A DNA stretch of 64,000 nt, taken from contig NZ_JAAAPJ010000005.1 in the NCBI RefSeq assembly GCF_009909145.1, positions 336,470 to 400,469 on the forward strand, written 5' to 3'. Below, in pieces: positions 26,196 to 33,982 of this stretch. Source of the stretch: Corallococcus silvisoli. Its GTDB lineage: Bacteria; Myxococcota; Myxococcia; Myxococcales; Myxococcaceae. Under the pieces are notes generated by a model. It was given only the letters and a program-made list of their open reading frames with translations, searched no databases and had not been told where the DNA came from. The translations under genes were made by a program, and so were the position numbers. Numbering within the stretch: position 1 is the first letter of the stretch; the number at the start of each line of letters is the position of its first letter.

Positions 26196-27149
26196 TCAGC
26201 TGGCGCGGGCGCTGACGTCCGCGTCCGCCGGGTCCGGGACCTTCACGCCGGGCCAGTCCTCCGGCGCCAGGTCCAGGCTGAAGGGCGGCGCCTCGCCGCG
26301 CAGCGTGTGCCACAGCGCGTAGTCCGCGCACAGCGCCTGCGCGATGCGGCCGGACGTCGTGCGAACGCGCTCCACGACCGCCTGATGCTCCTCGGGCGTC
26401 TGCGCCTCCAGCATCGCGACGACGTTCTCCCAGACGCGCTGCCGCCAGACGATGAGCATCTGCATGACGGCCCGCTCCACCATGGGGCGGCTGAAGGGCA
26501 CGAGCAGGACGAGCTTCGTGGACGTGCAGTGGTAGCGCTCGACGAGCAGATCCAGACACTCGGGGATGCACGAGCGGAGGATCTCATTCACGTGGAAGTA
26601 GTCGTGCCGGTAGCGCGCCATGCGCCGCGCATCCGCCGGGGGAGACTGGTGCGCGATGTTGTCGTAAACGACCATGCCCAGGTCGTGGTTGATGTGCGCG
26701 CTGACGCCCAGGAGCGCGTCCTGGAACGGCCGCGTGAGTCGCTGGGCCGGATAGTGCGTCGCGAAGCGCCAGGCGGCCGTGGGCAGCGGCAGGTTCTTCA
26801 GCGAGTCCCGCACCGCGATGAGCGCCTCCTCCGCGAAGCGGCCCGTCAGATGCGACAGCCACTCGGGCTCCAGGAACCCGCCCGCGTCCGGCTGGCTCAA
26901 CAGGTGGACCACCCGCCGTGTGACAATGGCGTAGATGTCCAGGAAGATGGCGCGTGAATCATCCCGTGCGTTCAGCCGGGCGAGGATCTTCTCCAGACCC
27001 TCCAGCGCTTCCTCCGCGTTGATGGGATTCCAGAGGACGTCATCCAGTTGGATGGGGCCCGTGTCTTCCGGGGCCTTCGTCTCATGGAGGTGGACGGCCT
27101 TCGAACGATTCTTCCGGTGCGGCTCGGGGGAAACCGGTGAAACATTCAT
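26196..27149 (-). CDS. Hypothetical protein (about 317 aa, His-rich alpha-helical protein; family not confidently assigned)
   Basis: Coding-like ORF. Possible metal-binding His (HINHDLG, YRHDYFH). No confident family call. Confidence 0.5.
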   Translation of the reverse strand: MNVSPVSPEPHRKNRSKAVHLHETKAPEDTGPIQLDDVLWNPINAEEALEGLEKILARLNARDDSRAIFLDIYAIVTRRVVHLLSQPDAGGFLEPEWLSHLTGRFAEEALIAVRDSLKNLPLPTAAWRFATHYPAQRLTRPFQDALLGVSAHINHDLGMVVYDNIAHQSPPADARRMARYRHDYFHVNEILRSCIPECLDLLVERYHCTSTKLVLLVPFSRPMVERAVMQMLIVWRQRVWENVVAMLEAQTPEEHQAVVERVRTTSGRIAQALCADYALWHTLRGEAPPFSLDLAPEDWPGVKVPDPADADVSARAS

Positions 27150-27255
27150 GGAGTGACGCTCCACGGCTGGGGGAACGACTTCGCATGAAACCTTATCTCA
27201 CCCGGTACTTTCTGTAACGCCAGCCCCCCCGGAAAAACGCTTTGTTTCAGCGAAT

Positions 27256-27282
27256 CCCCGCGTGTCGACATGACACGCGGGG
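27256..27282. terminator. Perfect 11-bp inverted repeat with a 5-nt loop (ccccgcgtgtc-gacat-gacacgcgggg) just downstream of the cytochrome operon
   Basis: Read directly from the sequence. Lies 20-50 nt beyond the 3' end of the minus-strand cytochrome c gene. Candidate intrinsic terminator, although the U-tract is weak and displaced. Confidence 0.35.
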
Positions 27283-27305
27283 CATTTGTCACCCGCTTGT
27301 GGCAC

Positions 27306-28559
27306 TCAGGGCGCGGTGCCTTCGCTCACGCCACTGCCCGTCTTGCCCAGCACATACTTCGCGAGCGTGAGGGCGTTGGCCTCGTCGAGGAGGGATTCGT
27401 AGGTGGGCATCTGCGTCCCGGGCTTGAAGGACTCCGGGTTGCGGATCCACTTCGCCACCTCTTCGGCGGGCTTGCCCTTCGCGCCCTGGAGCTTGGCCTC
27501 GAACTGCTTGTTGGCGCCGTGGCACGAGGCGCAGCCCAGGGAGCTGAACAGCTTCTCCGGGTCGTTGGTGGGCTCCGCCTTGGGACGGCCACCGGCGGGG
27601 GGCGGCACGGCCTTGTCGTTGGCCTTCATCGTGCGCAGGAAGGTGTAGATGGCGGTGAGCTCCACGTCGTCCGCGTAGCGGTACTTGGGCATCGGCGCGC
27701 GCAGGATGTAGCCGCCCGGCGTCACACCGGTCTTCATCGCGAGCTTGAACTCCTCCAGCGTCCACTTTCCGATACCGGCCGTCTCGCTGGGGGTGATGTT
27801 GGGCGACAGCAGCTTGCCCTCGCCGCCCATGGGCGTGAGGTCGAACTCGAAGCCGCCGCTCAGCACCGTGTCCGGGTTCTTCAGCTTCGCCGCGCTGCCC
27901 TCGAAGCCGGGCGAGTGGCAGAAGACGCAGTCGTAGACGCTGGCGGACACGTAGCGGCCGTACTCCACGGAGTCCGCCGCCTTCGCGGGGATGACCACCG
28001 GCTCCGTGCGGGCCTTGTCGTTGATGCCCATCGCGAAGGAGAACACCATCCGGCCCATGGGCGTCAGCACGGAGCGCGGCGGCTGGGACTGCTCCGGCGC
28101 GAAGTCCGGGTGACCGGAGCGCATGAAGCCAATCACCGCCGCCAGGTCCTTGTCGCCCATGTTGGGGAAGGCCGGCATGGGGCGCACGTGGTTGTCACGG
28201 TCGATGGCGTTGATGACCATGCGGGCGATCTCCTCGTCCTTCCAGGCGCCCACGCCCTTCTCCGGATCCGAGGTGATGTTCGCCGAGTAGAACGTGCCCA
28301 GCTCCGGCGGGAAGTCGTGCATCTGCACGCCGGTGGGCTTCGTGTTGCCGCCGCCAGCGTGACACTCGGCGCACACCGCGCGGAACACCTGCTCACCGCG
28401 GGCGATGCCCTCCGGTGAGCTGTCTCGCTGGATGTTCGGCAGTGCCACGTCCGCGTAGGACTTGTTGATCTTGTGGGTGGCGACACCCATCGCGGTGCCC
28501 GCGCCAATCAAGACCAGGACGACCAATGCTCCAAGGGCCAGCAGTATCTTCTTCACCAT
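27306..28559 (-). CDS. Membrane-anchored c-type cytochrome with three CxxCH haem-binding motifs
   Basis: N-terminal TM anchor (ILLALGALVVLVLIGAG). Haem motifs CAECH, CVFCH and CASCH. Confidence 0.8.
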   Translation of the reverse strand: MVKKILLALGALVVLVLIGAGTAMGVATHKINKSYADVALPNIQRDSSPEGIARGEQVFRAVCAECHAGGGNTKPTGVQMHDFPPELGTFYSANITSDPEKGVGAWKDEEIARMVINAIDRDNHVRPMPAFPNMGDKDLAAVIGFMRSGHPDFAPEQSQPPRSVLTPMGRMVFSFAMGINDKARTEPVVIPAKAADSVEYGRYVSASVYDCVFCHSPGFEGSAAKLKNPDTVLSGGFEFDLTPMGGEGKLLSPNITPSETAGIGKWTLEEFKLAMKTGVTPGGYILRAPMPKYRYADDVELTAIYTFLRTMKANDKAVPPPAGGRPKAEPTNDPEKLFSSLGCASCHGANKQFEAKLQGAKGKPAEEVAKWIRNPESFKPGTQMPTYESLLDEANALTLAKYVLGKTGSGVSEGTAP

Positions 28560-28661
28560 GGGGAACGTTGCTCCGGCAGGACGGGGACACGGCTCTCCGC
28601 CGGTCCCCTCGAAAGGGGAGCCGGCGGAGCGGAGGCGTTGGGACGGGGTGTGACGGGGGTG

Positions 28662-29774
28662 CTACTGCCCGGGCACGCAGGTGCTGGGCGGGGGAATCGA
28701 CGGCGTCGTCGACGGGGTGCTGCTCGCCATCTGGAGGCCGGCGAACGTGACGATGCCGGGGATCTGCGGAATGGCCAGCGCCTGGAGCAGCCAGGGCCGC
28801 CCCTCCGGCGCGCTCGTCGTGGAGTCCTTCGCCGTGTACGTGACGACCGGCGGCGGGCCCATCAGCGGCGGGTGGACGACGGCGACCAGGCCCAGGCTGC
28901 TGTTGGGGGCGGGCGGGCCGGGCGGGATGAAGAAGCCGCGCGGCGACTGGAGCGGCGCCAGCGGCGGCGGCAGCGCGCCCACCGGTGCCCACTCGATGTT
29001 GAGCACGCGGCCGGACGTGGCCTCCACGGTGGTGTTCGCCGCGGGCACGCGGAAGACGGGGAACCCCGGGCGGTAGAGCCAGAAGACCGTCACGCCGCCG
29101 AAGCGGGCCGGGTTGAGCAGGTCCTGCACCGTGACGGAGGTGCCCTCGGAGCTCAGGCGCCGGGCCACCGCGTCCAGGATGCCCTTGTCGCTCACCTGGA
29201 GCGCCTCCAGGCCCACGCACGCGCTGTGGGCCGGCACCACCGGACGCACGGTCATCGTGGTCAGGTAGTTGCCTTCCACGACGGGCGGCAGCGGCGGCGA
29301 CGGGGCGTCGTTGGCCAGCGTGCCCTGCTGTCCCAGCGACAGGACGAAGAACGGCGCGCCCCGGCGGGTGGGCACCTTCTCCAGGGTCCACAGGCCCGTG
29401 GGCCCGGACACCACGGGCGCGGGCGGCGGGGGCGGCTGCCCCGTGGCCGGGTCCGGCACCGTGTCCTGCAGGGTCACCAGCGCGTTGCGCACCACCGAGC
29501 GCTGCAGCAGCGGGCTGAACTCCGCGTACAGCGGCGGCAGCTGGCACTGCGTGCCCGGCGGGGCGCAGTTGGCCAGGTTGATGAAGTAGGCCTCCGGATC
29601 CACCGTGAAGCCGGTGAGCCGGGAGGTCAGACCCTCCGGCTCGCGGTTCTGGTAGTTCGGGCGCGGGATGAACGTCGACACCGCGGGGGAGGAGGATTCC
29701 TGGCAGCCGGCGCCCAGCAGGGCCGCGCCAAGGAGCGTTCCAACGTAGAGGGCTCTTTGCATGGCTCGTCGCAT
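28662..29774 (-). CDS. Pro-rich lipoprotein of unknown function, between the two cytochromes
   Basis: Lipobox LLGAGC. Pro-rich (PPPPPAP, PPLPP). No haem motifs. Stop is 3 nt from the upstream gene. Confidence 0.6.
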   Translation of the reverse strand: MRRAMQRALYVGTLLGAALLGAGCQESSSPAVSTFIPRPNYQNREPEGLTSRLTGFTVDPEAYFINLANCAPPGTQCQLPPLYAEFSPLLQRSVVRNALVTLQDTVPDPATGQPPPPPAPVVSGPTGLWTLEKVPTRRGAPFFVLSLGQQGTLANDAPSPPLPPVVEGNYLTTMTVRPVVPAHSACVGLEALQVSDKGILDAVARRLSSEGTSVTVQDLLNPARFGGVTVFWLYRPGFPVFRVPAANTTVEATSGRVLNIEWAPVGALPPPLAPLQSPRGFFIPPGPPAPNSSLGLVAVVHPPLMGPPPVVTYTAKDSTTSAPEGRPWLLQALAIPQIPGIVTFAGLQMASSTPSTTPSIPPPSTCVPGQ

Positions 29775-29777
29775 CCC

Positions 29778-31688
29778 CTACTTCGCGGGGAGGATGTGTC
29801 GGGAGGGAAGCTGATCGCCGCCGTGGCACGTCTGCGCGCAGTTGCCGAACCGGCTGGGCGTGCCGCGCTGACTGAAGGCGATCTGGAAGAACTCGTCACC
29901 GTGCTGAGACACGTGGCACGAGCCGCACAGCGACAGGCTGGGCCGCTCGGTGCTCTTGCGCGTCAGGTGGCAGACGGTGCAGTCCGCGCGGTTCGCCGGG
30001 TAGCTGGGCGAGTTCATGTGGATGCGGTGCACCATCTCCTGCGTGCGGCCCACCGTGTCGGTGTCGTAGTGGTGGCACACCTTGCAGCTCTCGATGTGGT
30101 CCACCGACAGGCCGTGGCGCAGGTTGTCCAGCGACAGCACGCCGCGGTGGCACAGCTGGCAGTTGCCCACGTTGCCCGGGTAGGTCGTCGGCTCGTCCTG
30201 GCCCACCTGGAAGAAGAACGGCGACATCTTCGCCACGCGCTCGCCCATGGCGGCGCGGTTGAACTTCACCAGCGCCACGTAGGTGCCCGGCTTCGCGTCC
30301 GCGGGCAGCGTGAACGTCTGGCGCGTGGGCCACTTGAAGTCGACGAGGCCCGGCGTCAGCCCCGTGAGCGTGGCGTCATCCAGGAAGGCGAACGGGAACG
30401 GCTTGGCGAAGAACTGGGGCTTGTCGCCCGGGTCGCCCAGCACCTTCAGGTCCTGGATGGGACCGGCGATGGCCACGTTGGAGATGGAGTCGTTCTCCGT
30501 GATGATCCCGATGACGTTGGGGACGAACGTCATGATGCCGTTGGCCTGGTTGGTGATGATCTCCTTCGCGGACGGCAGCAGGTCCGGCGAGTGCAGGTGG
30601 GCGCCCGCGCTGTCGCGCAGGTCGACGTACATGCTCACGTCCTCGCCGGGCTTGTAGAAGCTGCCCTCCTTCGGGGGCGAGAACACCAGCCGCGAGTCCA
30701 GGCCCGGGCTGCACTGCACCGCATTGCCGCTGTCGTCGGTGCAGGTGGACGGGCGGTCATCCGGGATGACGTACGTCACCGGGAAGTAGAACGGGCGGTC
30801 CGGCAGCTGGCTCCAGGTCGCCTTGAGCGCGCCGGGGCCCGACAGGCGCGGGATGCGCAGCACCTTGAAGGGGTTGGTGCTGCCCACCATGTCCACGCGC
30901 GCGATGGTGCGGAACGTGGGGCCCTGCGCCATGCCACCCGGGAAGCCCGCCACGTTGCGGGTCTCCTTGTCACCGGGGAAGCGCGGCGCCTGCAGGTTCT
31001 CCGAACGCCAGGAGAAGCGGCTGTGGCCCGCGTAGGGCGAGGACGCCAGCAGCTCCGAGCGCAGGTACGTCTGGCTGGCGCGCGGGGCGCCCGTCTCGTC
31101 CAGCACCTCCACGGTGATGGTGTCGCCCTTCACCTTCTGCCAGTTCGCGTTGCCGAACTGCACCTCGCGGGTCCAGCAGTCCTCCACGGCCCCGCCGAGG
31201 CTGTAGAAGCTCCACTCGTCCGCGCCCTGGTTGACGTTGCTCCAGTCCAGGCCCGCGAAGACCGACTGGTTCTTGATCCACCCCAGCGCGGCGCTCAGGT
31301 CGGTGGGGTTGGTGTGCTGGTTGACCACCGTCTCCGAGACGGAGAACTGGTTCAGGAAGTACTGGGTGTCCGACAGGATCTGCAGCGTGCCCGTGGGGGG
31401 CGACAGCGTCAGCGGATCCTGGCCGAGCGGCGTGATGCACACGTCCGGGTACGGGACGGGCACTCCGTTCTTCGCGACCATCTGCCCGTTGGGAAGAAAG
31501 GCGCAGCCGTTGATGTACTGGAGGCTGAGCCGGATCGCGCCGGAATCAAGCCCCTGGTACGGGTCGAACCGCTTGGCGCCGCGCCCCGTGGTGGAGCCTT
31601 CGTCGTCGGTGACCTTGAGGAGGTTGCAGGACAGCAGGGGCACCAGCAGGGCGCACCACGCGCTCTTGCGTAGGATTGAGCGGATCAT
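29778..31688 (-). CDS. Multihaem c-type cytochrome lipoprotein (large N-terminal beta-rich domain plus a C-terminal cluster of 5 CxxCH/CxxxCH motifs)
   Basis: Signal/lipobox LLVPLLSC. C-terminal 120 aa carry CQLCH, CKVCHH, CTVCH, CGSCH and CAQTCH. ATG 31688 preferred over the longer ORF. Confidence 0.75.
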   Translation of the reverse strand: MIRSILRKSAWCALLVPLLSCNLLKVTDDEGSTTGRGAKRFDPYQGLDSGAIRLSLQYINGCAFLPNGQMVAKNGVPVPYPDVCITPLGQDPLTLSPPTGTLQILSDTQYFLNQFSVSETVVNQHTNPTDLSAALGWIKNQSVFAGLDWSNVNQGADEWSFYSLGGAVEDCWTREVQFGNANWQKVKGDTITVEVLDETGAPRASQTYLRSELLASSPYAGHSRFSWRSENLQAPRFPGDKETRNVAGFPGGMAQGPTFRTIARVDMVGSTNPFKVLRIPRLSGPGALKATWSQLPDRPFYFPVTYVIPDDRPSTCTDDSGNAVQCSPGLDSRLVFSPPKEGSFYKPGEDVSMYVDLRDSAGAHLHSPDLLPSAKEIITNQANGIMTFVPNVIGIITENDSISNVAIAGPIQDLKVLGDPGDKPQFFAKPFPFAFLDDATLTGLTPGLVDFKWPTRQTFTLPADAKPGTYVALVKFNRAAMGERVAKMSPFFFQVGQDEPTTYPGNVGNCQLCHRGVLSLDNLRHGLSVDHIESCKVCHHYDTDTVGRTQEMVHRIHMNSPSYPANRADCTVCHLTRKSTERPSLSLCGSCHVSQHGDEFFQIAFSQRGTPSRFGNCAQTCHGGDQLPSRHILPAK

Positions 31689-31909
31689 GGAAGACGAGGC
31701 CGGGGGAAGGCAGAGGGAGGAAGGGAAGGAGGTGCACTCACGCGCAGGCCCACGCGTCCTACCCTTCCCGACGCCGCCACCACTTCGCCACGCGAAGTCG
31801 GTGAGGGCCGGCAAGGGTTGGGAGGAGAACACCTCATCGCATCAAACTGACCACATTATGAGAGTCCGCGCAATTCGCGAACCTCCCGGGGAATACCGGA
31901 CACGGTGGA

Positions 31910-32851
31910 TCAGCGGCCTCCCGGGAGGAGAAGGAAGCCCGCGGACAACAAGAGCGCGAAGACGAGCCCCAGGCCCGCCGTCCTGCCCAGGTGGGGATTG
32001 AGGGCGCTGCCGTCCTCGCGCCAGATGGCGCGGATCTCCCGGGCCGCCAGCGGGAGCGCCAGCAGCGGACAGAGCCACGCCAGCGGGTGTCCCGGCAGCG
32101 TCATCCAGGAGATGACGGGGATGACGAACGCGCCGACCACCGCCACCGTGTACTCCCACTGACCGAAGGCCCGGCCAAAGCGCACCACCAGCGTGCGCTT
32201 GCCGGCGGCCCTGTCCGTGTCGCGGTCCCGCAGGTTGTTCACCGCGAGGATTCCGGACGCGATGAGCCCCATGGACAGGCCCGCGAGCACGACGCCCGGC
32301 GTGACGTGGTGGGCGAGCACGGCGTAGCTGCCGGACACCCCGGACAGGCCGAAGATGAGCAGCACCAGCACGTCCCCCAGGCCCATGTAGCCCAGGGGCA
32401 CCGGGCCCGCGGAATAGAAGACCGCGCCCGCGAGACAGAAGGCGCCGCCCGCGAACACGGGCCAGCCCCCCACCGGGGTCAGCACCAACAGCGCGAGCAT
32501 GGAGCCAGCGAACGCCAGGGCCGCGGCGCTCGCCACCTCGCGCGCGCTCAGCCAGCCCTTCTGGGTGACGCGCGCGGGCCCCAGCCGCTCGGCCGTGTCC
32601 GCGCCGCGCTCGAAGTCCGCGTAGTCGTTCACCAGGTTGCTGACGATCTGCATCAGCACGAAGCCCACCAGGAACGTGAGCGCTGGCGCGGGCCGCCAGC
32701 TGCCTTCCGCGTTGGCGAAGGCCCAACCCAGCAGGGTCGGAGCCACCGACGCGGTCAGCGTCTTGGGGCGCAGCGCGAGCCACCAGATGCGCGCCAACGG
32801 GGGTTTTGCTTCAAGCGCGACACTCGACGACGGGGGATTCGGAGTGGCCAT
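31910..32851 (-). CDS. menA: 1,4-dihydroxy-2-naphthoate polyprenyltransferase (UbiA superfamily, MenA-like)
   Basis: UbiA-family Asp-rich motif NDYADFERGAD and a second motif DRDTDRAAGKRT. About 8 TM segments. Confidence 0.75.
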   Translation of the reverse strand: MATPNPPSSSVALEAKPPLARIWWLALRPKTLTASVAPTLLGWAFANAEGSWRPAPALTFLVGFVLMQIVSNLVNDYADFERGADTAERLGPARVTQKGWLSAREVASAAALAFAGSMLALLVLTPVGGWPVFAGGAFCLAGAVFYSAGPVPLGYMGLGDVLVLLIFGLSGVSGSYAVLAHHVTPGVVLAGLSMGLIASGILAVNNLRDRDTDRAAGKRTLVVRFGRAFGQWEYTVAVVGAFVIPVISWMTLPGHPLAWLCPLLALPLAAREIRAIWREDGSALNPHLGRTAGLGLVFALLLSAGFLLLPGGR

Positions 32852-33079
32852 GTGACCCTGGGGGAAGGGCAGCAGGCGCACGCTAGTGCTACAAAACATC
32901 CGTATCAATACGTCTCATGTCTCAAATGAAACATCCTCACTCTCAGGAATCATGTGTTTTATCGCCCAGAAACGTAAAAACCGATAACTCGAAACACGCG
33001 CATCCGGCGCGACGGCACCAGAGCAGAATAAGCAGATTTACGAGCTTAAAATGCTCTCCCGGGTGATAAGACCCGGGGC

Positions 33080-33775
33080 ATGATCCCTTCCCATCTCCCG
33101 CTCTCCCGTTCCCCTTCCCTTTCGCGTCGGAGTGTCCTGGCGCTGCTCGGCGTCGTCGCGCTCGCGCTCGGCGGCTGCGACACGGCGCTCTCCATCGCCG
33201 ACGCGCGTTCGCGTGGCACCGGCGCGGAGGTGACGGTGGAGGGCACCGTCACCGTGGCCCCCGGCACCTTCGCCTCCGCGTTGGGGGACGAAGGGTTCGC
33301 GATCCAGGACGACACCGCCGGCCTCTACGTCAAGGTGGCCGAGAAGCTGTCGTTCGGGCTGGGCGCCCGCGTGCGCGTCACCGGCACGCTGGATGAGCAG
33401 AACCAGCTGCGCATCCTCAAGGCCGTGCCCGCGGACGTCGAGCTGAAGTCCGGAACCGGGACCGTGCCCCCGAAGGACGTCTCCACCGGCGGCGTGAACG
33501 AGTCCGTGGAGGGCCAGCTCATCCGCGTCAGCGGCGCCATCACCCAGGCGTTCCAGGACGACTCGCCCTACGGCTACAAGCTCTACATCAACGATGGCTC
33601 TGGCGAGGTGCAGGTGTTCGTGCACGTGTCGGCCGGCTTCGACGCGGCGGCGCTGAAGGCCCTCGCCGTGGGCCAGCGCATCCAGGTGGTGGGCCTGGCC
33701 GCCCAGTACGAAACGACCTACGAGGTCGCGCCCCGCATGCCGGGCGACCTCGTCGTCCAGACGACGACCCCCTAG
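33080..33775 (+). CDS. Lipoprotein of unknown function (OB-fold-like beta domains)
   Basis: Lipobox LALGGC. Val/Gly-rich beta-strand pattern. No catalytic motif recognised. Confidence 0.55.
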   Translation: MIPSHLPLSRSPSLSRRSVLALLGVVALALGGCDTALSIADARSRGTGAEVTVEGTVTVAPGTFASALGDEGFAIQDDTAGLYVKVAEKLSFGLGARVRVTGTLDEQNQLRILKAVPADVELKSGTGTVPPKDVSTGGVNESVEGQLIRVSGAITQAFQDDSPYGYKLYINDGSGEVQVFVHVSAGFDAAALKALAVGQRIQVVGLAAQYETTYEVAPRMPGDLVVQTTTP

Positions 33776-33982
33776 CACCCGACGCCCCCCTGGGTGCGAG
33801 GAACCCCGGGCACCCGTTCCGGGTGAACCGGGCCGTTGGCTTTCGTGCATCGCTTGGGATGTGGGCCTCCGAGCGGATGCACGAAAGCCAACGCGCGTCC
33901 ACGAGGTGGCCGGACGGGCAGGTTCCGTTCTCACCGGCAGTGCCAATCCATCGAGGTCCCTGGCGGACGAACGAGGGCTGGC

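Noticed and set aside
28473-31673. 1066-aa plus-strand ORF rich in Arg/Gly/Ala/His
   Set aside because: It is entirely antisense to the well-supported cytochrome/lipoprotein genes. Its composition (RGAHRR... repeats) is typical of GC-rich antisense frames, and there is no motif.
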